Assembly: GCA_965198005.1 (NCBI GenBank)
Contig: CBDAOI010000003.1
Location: forward strand, 768,479 to 832,478
Length of the DNA: 64,000 bases
From: Spirochaetia bacterium
GTDB lineage: Bacteria; Spirochaetota; Spirochaetia; SZUA-6; Bin103
Direction of reading: 5' to 3'
Part shown: positions 28,116-38,764 of the stretch, piece by piece
Numbering within the stretch: the first letter of the stretch is position 1
Layout of the letters: every line of letters begins with the position of its first letter
Notes under the pieces: generated by a model
Told to the model about the DNA's origin: nothing
The model's input: only the letters and a program-made list of their open reading frames with translations
Databases searched by the model: none
Translations under genes and position numbers: made by a program

Positions 28116-29513
28116 TTGCCTACCGGCTGGACACTCGATCCCAGGGTTGTCATGCTCTCTCCTATGGCAAGAGGTCGCCACAGAGGTCCATTTTTACTTC
28201 GTTTTCGTGCGCTCCTGATCTCCTTGAACCTGCACGCCGCCAAGGTCGTCGATACCCGCCAAGCCAGCAAGGTCCGGTACTCCCTGCAGGATTGCTACGT
28301 GTGTGGTTTCGCCTTGTTTTACCTCCAAGACCCTTCCGTGCTGGAGTTCCAACGCCGCTTCCAGGACCAACTCCGCACCAACAACCTCAACTCTACGTTT
28401 GGCGTCGCTCAGATCCCTGCCGACTCCCAGTTCCGCGATCTGCTCGACAGCCATGACTATGAACCGCTGCTCGACTGCTTCGGCGACTGGATAGGGCGCA
28501 TGCAGTACACCAAATGGCTGCAGCACTACCAGTTCCTCGACGGTCGCTATCTCATCACCATGGACGGCTCCCAGTACTTCAGCTCGTACCAGGTGAACTG
28601 TGAGTGCTGTCTGACCGCCACCAACAACGGCACCGTACGCTACCACCACGACATCCTGCAGACCGCCATCGTCCACCCCGACAAGCGGCAGGTGCTGCCG
28701 TTGGCTCCCGTGTTCATTCACAACGCCGATGACTCTGGCGCCAAGAGCGCCAAACGCCGCAAGCAGGACTGTGAAATAAAAGCCGGCTACCGTGCCGTGC
28801 AGCGCATCCGTAACGACCATCCCCGGCTGGCTGCGGTGATCGTCGCCGATAGTCTGTACTCCAAGCAACCGTTCATCGAACAGGTGCGCGCCGCCCGCTT
28901 CTCGTTTCTGCTGGTGGCCAAGCCGGAGGATCACACCAGCCTGTACCAGGATATCGACGGGCTGCGCCGCGGTCGGCTGCTGGCCACCGCTGCACCATCG
29001 ACGCGACCGGGGACCGGCATGAATACGAGTGGGTTACCGGGGTACCGCTGAACGGCAAGCCCCGCAGTCCCCAGATCAACTTCGTGCACTACCGCATCGT
29101 ACGTGCCGGCACGCCCACCTATCAAAACGCCTGGGTGACCGACTTGGTGCCGACCGCTGGCAGCGTCGCGCGGATCGTGCGTGCGGGACGGGCACGCTGG
29201 AAGATCGAGAACGAGGGGTTCAATACGCTGAAGCGCTGAAGCGCTGAAGAACCAGGGCTATCACCTGGAGCACAACTTCGGCCATGGTGACAAGTACCTG
29301 TCGGAGGCGTTCTTCGTGCCGGGCCTGCTGGCCTATTTCATGCACCAGATATTCGAGCTGGTGGACGGTCTGTATCAGCAGGTGCGGGCTGGGTTCGGGT
29401 CGCGCCGGGAGTTCTGGGGCGCGATCCGTGCCACGTTTCGGCTATTCCTGTTCCCGTCGTGGGACCAGGTGCTGGTGCGGATGAACTCGCCGCCGCAGCC
29501 GCTGTCCGGGTAG
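28116..29513 (+). mobile_element. IS4/ISNCY-like DDE transposase gene with two or more frameshifts (degenerate IS).
   Basis: Frame 1 (28116-29051) carries …YLITMDGSQY… and …AAVIVADSLYS…. Another frame carries …RARWKIENEGFNTLK…. A third carries NQGYHLEHNFGHG…. An 8-bp unit CGCTGAAG is triplicated at 29228-29251 at one frame switch. Confidence 0.65.
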
Positions 29514-29989
29514 CCGCTCCCTGGGGAACTGAACCTGCTCCCTGAACGATCCCTGACTGGGGCTGCGGCGCAGGTGTGCCGGCGGCGCGCGGGCAACCGG
29601 CCCCGAAGGGCCGATCGCCGCACCGCGCCAGCCCGCGGCATCGGCCGAGCGGCGGTGGCTGACGGTGGTCAGGTCATCGCACGCGGCTGCATGACGGTGG
29701 CTAAATACTTCACCTGCAATCAGTTACAGAATTTCTGCCGGGTCGGACCGTGCGTGCATTCACTCGGTGGGCCAACAGGTGGGCATGGTCGCGTTTCACA
29801 CACTCGGAGGGCTTGAGCTTATGACAGGGCTTGCGATCTCGCCCTCAAGACTTTTTCTGTAACCTTTCGCCCGCAATGTTGTGTTACTGTTAATGATGTT
29901 TTGCCGTTCCCCGAGAATTGCTGAAGGCCGGAGTCCGCGCTTGACATGGTCAGGCGAGCCTGTGACGATAGGGAGTTCGGGGATCGAAC

Positions 29990-30215
29990 GGATGCCGATG
30001 ACGGGCCATGATGACAGCCAGCGCAGTGGCCGGTTGGCGATGACTTTCGGTGACCTCCGAGTCGTTGACAGGTTTCCGGCCGCGTGCGACGGTTCACCGC
30101 TCGGGGTTGGATGGATGAGCATGATGCGCCACGACGACAGTCAGCGCAGTGACCGGCTGGCGGTGACGCAGCTGTCGGCGGGTTCACTCACTCACTCACT
30201 CACTCACTCGCTCGC
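29990..30215. repeat. Two ~50-bp direct repeats plus a (TCAC)6 microsatellite upstream of SBP B.
   Basis: ATGACGGGCCATGATGACAGCCAGCGCAGTGGCCGGTTGGCGATGAC (29995-30045) is ~80% identical to ATGATGCGCCACGACGACAGTCAGCGCAGTGACCGGCTGGCGGTGAC (30120-30170). TCACTCACTCACTCACTCACTCGCTCGC follows at 30184-30215. Confidence 0.7.
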
Positions 30216-30788
30216 TAGTCGCCCAGCCAACCGCGCGACAGCCGTTCGCTCGGCGCCGGTGCTGAGCGCGGCACCATCGATCGGTGTGGCGCACAGCCGC
30301 CACGCGTCCGCGCGTCTAGCGGCCGACCGGGTCGGCCGCAGCCTCCACCAGTCCACTGAGCGAGCGTTGCCGGCAACCCAGCTTCGAGTATCCAGCTCAC
30401 CTCCCAGCTCCATTCATCATCGGCGAGCGTGCTTTGGCTTGCCGACGACACGGCCTGCAGCGCCATCCGCACGCACCCCGGTCAACGCTTCACCCTCGCT
30501 CTTGCGAGCGGCAGCGCATGACTCGGCGCCGCCGCCGTGGGCCGCCAGCCCTTCGACGTATGACTCTTCCATTCACCACACCCTGCCGGTTTTTGCCGGT
30601 GCACAGGAGGCCCGAATGATACTCAAAGAGCCGTAGGCGCGCGCGGCGTGAGCCGGGGCGAACCCGGGTGAGTCACACGCCGCGCGCTTTTGGTGAACTT
30701 GACTCAGACTGGCCGCCTGCGTTGCGCGTGGCCAGGGAGCGGCAAGTCGCTCCGAAATACTCTCGAGACAACATTCAAGGAGACAAGG

Positions 30789-32558
30789 ATGAAGATACTA
30801 TTTGCAAGGACCTTCGCGATTGCGTTGGTCCTAGTTCTGACCGCAACCGGCCTCTGGGCCGCCGGCGCAGAAGAGGCACCGGCAGCCGCTGCCGAAAAGA
30901 AATATGTGACAGACCCCACCACCGGTAAGGTGGTGGTGGCGCCAGAGTATGGCGGGACATTCACCTTCGCTCACCAAACGCTCTCTGGCATTTTTGACAG
31001 CGTGGTCCAAGGTAGGTGGGCGTCCGGCTATCACGGTCTCGTTCTAGATAAGCCGGCTCTCGCGGACTGGGGAAGAGATAGGGATGAATTTGCCTTGAAT
31101 TTGCCGTGGCCAACTCTACCTTACTTAAGAGGGGCACTGGTGGAAAGCTGGGAGCAAACTGACGACCTAACCATTATCTTCCACATCCGCAAGGGCGTTC
31201 ACTGGCATGATAAGGAGCCGATGAGCGGTCGGGAGTTTACTGCTGATGACATTGTATTTAACTATCACCGGATACTGGGTCTGGGCAGCGGCTTCACCGA
31301 ACCTACCCCCCAGAGGACGGCTCAACTCCTTCCTATAAAAGTCGAATCGGTAAGGGCTACCGACAAATACACGGTTGTCTTTAAGCTGAAGGAGCCAAAC
31401 ATCAAGGCGCTGCAGGGTATCGTCGACGACGAAGTAGCTTATATACATCCCCCCGAGGTAATCAAGGAACACGGCGACACCACGGATTGGAGGAACCTGG
31501 TCGGCACCGGGCCCTATGAGCTGACTGACTACGTCGAGGGCAGCTCTATAACCTATACCAAGAATCCTGACTACTGGGGCTACGACGAAAAATACCCGGA
31601 GAACCGCTTGCCCTATTTCGACCAGATAAAGGGCCTTGCGTTGCCAGAAGTGGCAACAATGCTGTCGGCACTGCGCACCCGTAAGATTGATTTTCTTTCT
31701 TATGCCATAAGGAGTATCGACCAGGTAGAGAGTCTCCAGCGGACCAACCCCGAAATCCAGATGTTTACGCATTACACCCGGTCGAATGAAACGTTTGGTA
31801 TGAACGTTCAAAAGCCGCCCTTTGGCGACATCAGAGTGCGTAAGGCAATGCAGATGGCGCTGGACCTTGAGACAGCCAACACTACCTTCTTTAAGGGTTG
31901 GGCAGAAATGACACCTTATGGGCAGAACCGGGGACCGGGTCTTCACGTTCCATTTAAAGAGTGGCCCGAAGAGGTCAAGAAAGTCTTTACCTATGACCCG
32001 GAAGGTGCAGAGGCGTTGCTTGATGAAGCCGGATTACCTCGCGGCTCGGATGGCATTAGATTCAAGACCGTGATGACATTCAACCAAAGTTACAATGTGG
32101 CTTATGGAGAATTATGCGCTGCATACTGGCGTGACATTGGCGTCGAGGTAGAGCTTGACGTATTACCGGGCGCTGTCCAAAACCAAAGAAGAGGAGATAG
32201 GGATTACGAAATGATGACTACGGAAGCGGCCTTCCTCAACCCTCCCTTGTCACAACGCTTTTACTCGGGATTCCACCACAACACCGCCAACCCACAAGAC
32301 CCGTGGTATGATGCCGCGTATGAAGCCCTCGCAAAGGCTAAATCCTTCGCGGAGTTTGAGGAAATGGAGCGAGAGATGGATATGTATGCGATAGAGAAGT
32401 TCTGGCACATATGGGGTGGTATGGCCCCACAGATTCTCACGTCTCAGCCTTGGGTCATAGGTTATAACGGTGAACTGGCCTTGGGTGCCGGTCAATATAG
32501 GCTGTCATGGTCCCGCATGTGGTTTGACTCAGCGCTGAAGGAAGCAATGGGTTATTAG
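30789..32558 (+). CDS. ABC transporter substrate-binding protein, family 5, with signal peptide (copy B).
   Basis: MKILFARTFAIALVLVLTATGLWAAGAEEAP is a signal peptide. The mature protein is collinear with copy A, though only ~45-50% identical. Confidence 0.85.
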   Translation: MKILFARTFAIALVLVLTATGLWAAGAEEAPAAAAEKKYVTDPTTGKVVVAPEYGGTFTFAHQTLSGIFDSVVQGRWASGYHGLVLDKPALADWGRDRDEFALNLPWPTLPYLRGALVESWEQTDDLTIIFHIRKGVHWHDKEPMSGREFTADDIVFNYHRILGLGSGFTEPTPQRTAQLLPIKVESVRATDKYTVVFKLKEPNIKALQGIVDDEVAYIHPPEVIKEHGDTTDWRNLVGTGPYELTDYVEGSSITYTKNPDYWGYDEKYPENRLPYFDQIKGLALPEVATMLSALRTRKIDFLSYAIRSIDQVESLQRTNPEIQMFTHYTRSNETFGMNVQKPPFGDIRVRKAMQMALDLETANTTFFKGWAEMTPYGQNRGPGLHVPFKEWPEEVKKVFTYDPEGAEALLDEAGLPRGSDGIRFKTVMTFNQSYNVAYGELCAAYWRDIGVEVELDVLPGAVQNQRRGDRDYEMMTTEAAFLNPPLSQRFYSGFHHNTANPQDPWYDAAYEALAKAKSFAEFEEMEREMDMYAIEKFWHIWGGMAPQILTSQPWVIGYNGELALGAGQYRLSWSRMWFDSALKEAMGY

Positions 32559-32607
32559 GGGTTTTGAGCAGCCGCGGCCACCCATTGTGGCTGAGCTCAG
32601 GGAAAAA

Positions 32608-32637
32608 GGGAACTGGGAGGCTCAAGCCTCCCGTTCC
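32608..32637 (+). promoter_or_regulatory. Conserved hairpin 3' of the SBP stop (GGGAACTGGGAGGC-TCAA-GCCTCCCGTTCCC).
   Basis: It occupies the same position as the hairpin at 1730-1753. Confidence 0.4.
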
Positions 32638-32647
32638 CCCACACGAT

Positions 32648-33109
32648 GTCATTGCGAGGAGCGCTTTCTTACTGTCATTCCGGGCGGAGACCCGGAATCC
32701 AGAAAACGCAACCATTTGAAATTACTCTGGATTCCGCCTTTCGGCGGAATGACGGGAAAGGGGGATACAGGCCTGCCCGCTTGCCTTCGCTGAAGCTTTA
32801 GCGCAAGCAGGCCGCACAAGGCTTTGGCAGGCGGGGGGATGGGGCCTTCACCAACGATGGGCTACAGGTGTTCTATCGAGTGATCCTTGAACCCTGGACA
32901 GGGGAATCAAGGGGGACACCCCCTTGAACCCCCGTTTCAAAGGGGTTTCACCCCTCCGAACTCCCCAAAACGGTGAGAGGCGAGTTTCTTGGCAGGGGTC
33001 ATTCGCACCTTAGAGAGTGCCGCGCCCTTCAACTTCGTTCAGGACAAGCCCTTCAGTGGACGGGGCCGGAAAGACGTGGCAGGTGGATTGCGGTTTTCAC
33101 CGCAATGAC
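32648..33109. repeat. MITE/REP-like palindromic repeat cluster (~460 bp) bounded by GTCATTGCG…CGCAATGAC.
   Basis: It contains GTCATTCCGGGCGGAGACCCGGAATCCAG and CTGGATTCCGCCTTTCGGCGGAATGACGG hairpins. It is homologous in position and motif content to 1767-2163. Confidence 0.6.
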
Positions 33110-33173
33110 GGGGGAAATGGGAATGACAAAAGAGGGTGGCAATAACGGGGGAAAGTGAAATGAGGTGTGTTAC

Positions 33174-34175
33174 ATGAGAGCCTATATCATCAGGCGGTTA
33201 TTGCTGATAATCCCCACCTTGTTTATATTGAGCATGCTGGTCTTTCTCTCGGTGCGCTTCATCCCGGGCGATATAATAGACGTTATGTTAGATGACATAC
33301 AATGGACGGCTGGCGATATTGACCGTGAAGCTCTTGAGCGGATGCTGGGATTAGACGTGCCTGTGCACGTGCAGTATGGACGCTGGATAGGAGTGTTGCC
33401 GACCCCTGACTGGTTTACCGGTGAATCCCACTTTAGAGGTCTCCTCCAGGGCACCTTTGGCAATTCGCTGTTTGGTGGCGCTTGGGCGGTAGAGGAGTTG
33501 ATAATAGGTAGATTGCCGGTAACCATTGAGCTTGGTGTCATGGCAATCGTAATCGGGCTAGCGATAGCCCTGCCGGTCGGCATATACTCGGCGATTCGCC
33601 AGGATACGGCCGCCGACTACGCTGGGCGCTCCGCCGCCCTCATCGGCCTAGCAACGCCTAACTTCTGGCTGGGAATTATGGTCATGATATACCCGGCAAT
33701 CTGGTGGGGCTGGTCGCCACCGATGGAGTGGGTTCCTTTCACCGAAGACCCGCTGGGGAATCTGGGGATTCTCATCATTCCCAGCCTGATTATGGGGACG
33801 GCCATGGCTGCAGCCACAATGCGGATGACGCGCACCATGATGCTGGAGGTGCTACGGCAGGACTATGTCAGGACTGCCTGGTCCAAGGGTCTGAAGGAGA
33901 GGGTGGTTATTATGAGACACGCCATCAAAAATGCCCTCATCCCGGTAGTGACTATGATAGGCATGCAGTTGCCTATCCTGGTAGGTGGCTCCGTTATCAT
34001 AGAGAACATATTTGCCCTGCCGGGGCTAGGTCGTCTCTTTGTGGTTGCCCTCAATCGCAGAGACTACCCGGTGGTCTCTGGAGTGAACCTGTTTTTCGCC
34101 ACCGTAGTTATGTTGAACATTCTACTTACCGACCTGATCTATCCTTATTTAGACCCCAGGGTCCGTTATAAATAA
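33174..34175 (+). CDS. DppB-type ABC transporter permease (intact copy).
   Basis: It is 333 aa, MRAYIIRRLLLIIPTLFIL…, with a conserved EAA-like loop region. It serves as the reference for the frameshift in copy A. Confidence 0.85.
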   Translation: MRAYIIRRLLLIIPTLFILSMLVFLSVRFIPGDIIDVMLDDIQWTAGDIDREALERMLGLDVPVHVQYGRWIGVLPTPDWFTGESHFRGLLQGTFGNSLFGGAWAVEELIIGRLPVTIELGVMAIVIGLAIALPVGIYSAIRQDTAADYAGRSAALIGLATPNFWLGIMVMIYPAIWWGWSPPMEWVPFTEDPLGNLGILIIPSLIMGTAMAAATMRMTRTMMLEVLRQDYVRTAWSKGLKERVVIMRHAIKNALIPVVTMIGMQLPILVGGSVIIENIFALPGLGRLFVVALNRRDYPVVSGVNLFFATVVMLNILLTDLIYPYLDPRVRYK

Positions 34176-34193
34176 AGGGGGGAAACCGGAAAT

Positions 34194-35126
34194 ATGAGTG
34201 ATTCCATAGGGATACCACCAGCAGTAAGTGAGCCAAAGAGACGAACCGGGCCGACCTATTTCTTTATCAGGCTGTGGAGGGAGAAGCCACTGGGTACTGT
34301 CAGCGGGATTATCATATTGATATTGATTCTGGTGGCTATCTTCGCCGATGTTCTGGCTCCTTATGGCTTTCTTGAAATACACCTGGCAGACCGGCTGCAG
34401 GGCTCATCAGCCCGGTATCTGCTGGGTACCGACTACTTGGGGCGAGACTTCTTGAGCCGCCTTATCTACGGGGCTCGCATTTCGTTACTGGTCGGTCTGG
34501 CAGCGACCGCTCTCAATGTTGTGGTCGCTACCCTGATAGGCGGCACTTCAGGATTCCTTGGTGGTAAACTGGACCTGGCTGTGCAGAGATTTGTCGATGC
34601 CTGGATGTGTTTCCCGGGACTGCTCCTGTTGTTAACCATAATGTCCATAGTGGGGCGGGGTGTGCCACAGATAATAGTGGTCCTGGGGATATCAGGAGGC
34701 ATTGGCGGCTCAAGAGTAATCCGAGGCGCCGTTATCGGCATTAAAGAGAATGTGTATTTTCAGGCGGCGGAGTCGTTTGGCTCTTCAAAATGGAGAACAC
34801 TTGCCCGACATGTCGTGCCCAATATTATGCCTGTCGTAATCATCATATTCTCGATAAGCATAGGAGGCGTAATCCTGAGTATTGCTTCTCTGAGCTTCCT
34901 CGGACACGGTCTGCCTTTCGAGATTCCTGAGTGGGGAGGCCTGCTCAGCAGAGAAGGGCGTCAGTACATGGAGATGGCACCACACCTGGGTCTCTGGCCT
35001 GGTCTTTGCCTGACTATTACCGTTTACAGTCTAAACATGTTCGGCGACGCGGTGAGGGACCTGCTCGACCCGCGGCTGCGGGGTGGTGGGGGACGCCTGG
35101 GAGCCGATGCCGCCAGGTCGGTCTAA
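34194..35126 (+). CDS. DppC-type ABC transporter permease.
   Basis: It is collinear with 3197-4099. Confidence 0.85.
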   Translation: MSDSIGIPPAVSEPKRRTGPTYFFIRLWREKPLGTVSGIIILILILVAIFADVLAPYGFLEIHLADRLQGSSARYLLGTDYLGRDFLSRLIYGARISLLVGLAATALNVVVATLIGGTSGFLGGKLDLAVQRFVDAWMCFPGLLLLLTIMSIVGRGVPQIIVVLGISGGIGGSRVIRGAVIGIKENVYFQAAESFGSSKWRTLARHVVPNIMPVVIIIFSISIGGVILSIASLSFLGHGLPFEIPEWGGLLSREGRQYMEMAPHLGLWPGLCLTITVYSLNMFGDAVRDLLDPRLRGGGGRLGADAARSV

Positions 35127-35222
35127 TCGGGTCTAATCGCGCCCGAGCGGGATGCGCGGCCGCCGTCGGAGCAGGTCGCCAAACTACAATCGAAGTGTCG
35201 AAGTGAATGACCCTAAGGAGAC

Positions 35223-37940
35223 ATGGTGACCCATGCCCACGTACTACCCTTCGATGCCCCTGCTGACGCGGCCTCTGCCGACCTCGATTCCGTCGGCGGC
35301 AAGGGGCTGTCGTTAGCACGACTGACGGCCGCGGGATTCGCAGTCCCGGCAGGCTTTACAGTCACGACCGCCGCGTACCGGCAGTTCGTTTCTGACGACG
35401 ACCTTCAGCAGGCCATCATCGATCTGGCAAAACCGGAACTGGTGGGCACAGCGGTGTCTTTCGATTCCGCCTCGCAACGTATCCAGTCGTTGTTTGCCAA
35501 AACCGATCTGAGTGATGCGCTGCAGGGGCAGATCGCGGCGGCCTATGCCGCCCTGGGCGACGGCGAACCACCGGTTGCGGTGCGCTCCTCGGCCAACGCG
35601 GAAGACCTGCCGGATCTGTCGTTCGCGGGGCAGCAGGACACCTATCTCAACATACGCGGTAGCGATGCGGTGTTCGAGGCGGTACGCGACTGTTGGGCGT
35701 CTCTGTGGACCGCACGGGCCATCAGTTACCGGCACGAGCATGCCATCGCCCAGGAGGCAGTTGCCATGGCGGTGGTGGTGCAGATGATGGTGCCCTCGGA
35801 AGTCTCCGGCATCCTCTTTACTGCCAACCCCGCCACCGGGGAGCGGTCCGAGATCATCGTCAATGCCAGCTTTGGGCTGGGCGAGGCGATTGTCGGCGGC
35901 GAGATTACCCCCGATACCTACATCATCGATCGGGACACGTTGGCAGTCCGGGAGACCATCCTCGGCAGCAAGGAGCACATGCTGGTGTCCGCTGCAGGCC
36001 AGGGTACCGACACCCGGGAGTTGAGCGCAGCGGAGCGGGACCAGTCGTCGCTGGCGGAGCCGGTGTTGCGGGAACTGGCCCAACTCGCCATCGCCGTGGA
36101 GCGGCACTTCGGCCAGCCCCAGGATATCGAGTGGGCAGTCGTCAACCGGACACTGTCGCTGCTGCAGTCGCGCCCGATTACCAACCTGCCTACGGCACCG
36201 CTGAAGGAGGTCCGCTGGGAGAAGCCCGACATGCCGGATTGGGTCCCGGAAAATCCACTGCTGCGAAAAAACCTGGTGGAGCATATCCCGGGTCCGGTCT
36301 CGCCGCTGTTCGAAGATCTCTACCTGAAGGATGCGGTGGGCGGTCGAGCGGCCAACGGTAATCATTACGCTGTCAATGGTTATGCGTACTGGACGCTGGG
36401 TACGCCCCCAGGTGTGGAACCGATAACTTTCGGCGTGAGCCCCGGGTCTGCGACCGAACTGACCTCTACTATCGCGAATATGAAGCTCTATATCTATAAG
36501 ACGCCGCCGGTAAACGCAGTAAGGGCTACGCCTCCTGTGGGCAACCATATCTACAGTACTAGCAAATGGGCCAAGGTTTACGCCGAGCGGTATGATTCGT
36601 GGCGCAAGGAAACGTTGCCCGCGTACCTGGCCGTGATTGATGAGTGGCAGCAGGTGGACCCGCAGGCAGCATCGGATGTGGCACTGCTGGATGGCATGTG
36701 TGCCCTGGCAAGAGCGGATGGTGAGACCTGGTGGTCGCCCTCAATGAGACTGGAATCGATGGTCAGCCGTGTCGGCACGGTGTGGGTCATGAATATGCTG
36801 CGGCGTGCCGAAATCATATTCCATGATTTTCTGCAGAAAGCGGCCCCGGGGAAGGGGTTTAGCAGCGGCCAGTTCCTCAGTGGCCTGCGCTCGATCTCCA
36901 TGGAAGCCCAGGACGAGATCTCCGATATTGCCGAACTCATCCGGGCAGATGAGGGACTCCTTGAGCTCGTGCTGACGACTCCCGCACAACGGCTGCTACC
37001 CGCGTTGCGTGAGCGCTCAGAGGCAGAGTTGACCGTTCAGGCGATCGATCAGCATCTGGAGCGCTACGGGCATCAGATCACTACGCTCGACTTCGCCGAA
37101 CCAACGCTTGCGGAAGACCCCTTGCCGGTGATGTTGAACCTGAAGGCAGTGGTCCAGGACACCGACCACGACCCGGCCGCCACGCAGATCGACCTCGCCA
37201 GGCGACGTCAGGCGGCCCTGAGGGAGGCGAAGCAGGCCTTCAGCGACGAAGACTGGCGGGAATTGTGCGAGTTCCTCTGGGTCATGAAGCGCGCCTATCC
37301 TGATCGCGAACAGGCGCTGTTTTACCTGGGGGCCGGATGGCCGACGCTGCGGCGGCTCGCACTCGAACTGGGGCGCCGTCTGGTCGAGGCCGGCACCCTC
37401 ACCCAGCCGGACGATCTCTTCTACCTGTGGAGAGCAGAGCTGGAAGAGGCCATCGCGGCGCGCCAGGCGGGTCAGGCGCTGCCGGAACTCAAGGAACGTG
37501 TCGCCGAACAGCGCGAACTGCAGCAGGCGCGCCTGCGGCTGGTGCCACCGAACGCGGTGCCACCGGAAGAAGGTGTCGGGCCTGGCTGGGGCAAGACCGC
37601 CAACGACGCGGACAGCGACAGCTTAAACGGCAACGCCTGCAGTCCCGGCCAGATCACCGCACGCGCCAGCCTCGTCATGTCCCCGGCCGATTTTGCGAAG
37701 ATGCAACCCGGCACCATCCTGGTGTGCCCGATGACCACTCCCGCCTGGACGCAGCTGTTCTCCCAGGCCAGGGGTCTGGTGACCGATATCGGCAGCATCC
37801 TCACCCATGGCTCGATCGTGGCCCGTGAGTACAACATCCCCGCCGTGCTCGGACTCGGGATTGCCACCAAGAGGATCAAGCACGGGCAGATGATCCGTGT
37901 GGATGGCGACAACGGGGTGGTCGCTCTCCTCGACGAGTGA
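35223..37940 (+). CDS. PEP-utilising enzyme family (Rph/PEP-synthase-like) protein, copy B.
   Basis: It is 905 aa and ~90% identical to 4363-7074. It carries the same N-terminal and C-terminal motifs. Confidence 0.8.
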   Translation: MVTHAHVLPFDAPADAASADLDSVGGKGLSLARLTAAGFAVPAGFTVTTAAYRQFVSDDDLQQAIIDLAKPELVGTAVSFDSASQRIQSLFAKTDLSDALQGQIAAAYAALGDGEPPVAVRSSANAEDLPDLSFAGQQDTYLNIRGSDAVFEAVRDCWASLWTARAISYRHEHAIAQEAVAMAVVVQMMVPSEVSGILFTANPATGERSEIIVNASFGLGEAIVGGEITPDTYIIDRDTLAVRETILGSKEHMLVSAAGQGTDTRELSAAERDQSSLAEPVLRELAQLAIAVERHFGQPQDIEWAVVNRTLSLLQSRPITNLPTAPLKEVRWEKPDMPDWVPENPLLRKNLVEHIPGPVSPLFEDLYLKDAVGGRAANGNHYAVNGYAYWTLGTPPGVEPITFGVSPGSATELTSTIANMKLYIYKTPPVNAVRATPPVGNHIYSTSKWAKVYAERYDSWRKETLPAYLAVIDEWQQVDPQAASDVALLDGMCALARADGETWWSPSMRLESMVSRVGTVWVMNMLRRAEIIFHDFLQKAAPGKGFSSGQFLSGLRSISMEAQDEISDIAELIRADEGLLELVLTTPAQRLLPALRERSEAELTVQAIDQHLERYGHQITTLDFAEPTLAEDPLPVMLNLKAVVQDTDHDPAATQIDLARRRQAALREAKQAFSDEDWRELCEFLWVMKRAYPDREQALFYLGAGWPTLRRLALELGRRLVEAGTLTQPDDLFYLWRAELEEAIAARQAGQALPELKERVAEQRELQQARLRLVPPNAVPPEEGVGPGWGKTANDADSDSLNGNACSPGQITARASLVMSPADFAKMQPGTILVCPMTTPAWTQLFSQARGLVTDIGSILTHGSIVAREYNIPAVLGLGIATKRIKHGQMIRVDGDNGVVALLDE

Positions 37941-37953
37941 CGGTGGGCCATTA

Positions 37954-38532
37954 ATGAAGATTCTGGTCAAGAACGACGATGGTATTGATTCGCCCGGCAT
38001 CCGGGCTCTCGCCGAAGCGATGAGCCGGGTCGAGGAGGTGCTCATCGTGGCACCGGACCAGGAGCAGAGTGGCGTTGGCACCGCCATATCCTTTCATAAC
38101 GGCCTTGCTGCTGCGAAACGAGACACTGCCATCGAGGGGGGGCGCGCATATGCGGTCAGTGGCACACCGAGCGATTGTGTGATCCTTGGCCTCGGGCCAC
38201 TGGCCGACGGGACTATCGATCTGGTCGTGTCCGGCATCAACGCGGGTTGCAACGTCGGCAACGGTGTCCTGGGATCGGGGACCACCATGGCCACCCGAGT
38301 GGCTCACGCCGGCGGTGCCAGGATCCCGTCAATTGCCATCTCGCTGAGCCTACATGGGCCAAAGGATCACCGAGAGCCGCTCTTCCACCTTGCTACCACG
38401 GTCTCGGAGTTGCTGGCGCGCAGTATGGCAGAGGGAGAAATACCGGCCGGCACTACGCTCAACGTGAACGTCCCCAGTGTCCCCAGCGGAGAGATCCGCG
38501 GCGTCGCCGTCACCAGAGTTACTGGCGATTGA
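37954..38532 (+). pseudogene. surE: surE copy B, frameshifted and truncated after residue ~190.
   Basis: It is identical in layout to surE A up to …IRGVAVTR. A deletion relative to copy A then shifts the frame (A reads …PSPVGYWMWRTEQDGDGLYYNKL; B reads …VTGD*). The downstream out-of-frame ORF still encodes …RTEQDGDGLYHNKLSAIAADHPDI. Confidence 0.7.
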
Positions 38533-38764
38533 GAACCGAACAGGACGGCGATGGTCTTTACCACAACAAGCTCTCCGCAATCGCAGCGGACCATCCCGAC
38601 ATCGTAGAGGGGACCGATGTCTGGGCTCTGAATAGGGGGCTCATCTGTTTCCAGCCAGTCGCTGTTTCCAAACCGTGCCAAGCAGGATTGCCAGCGCGTG
38701 CCAGCGTGTGATGCTGGTGTCCGCCAGCGGCGAACGCCAGCGGTGCCGGCTGTCGCGGTTTAGT

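Noticed and set aside
35313-36548. 411-aa minus-strand ORF inside the kinase B gene (similar shadow ORFs at 4933-5682, 60422-61495, 22994-23494, 16552-16992)
   Set aside because: These are antisense or off-frame ORFs fully contained in well-supported genes. They are GC-content artefacts.
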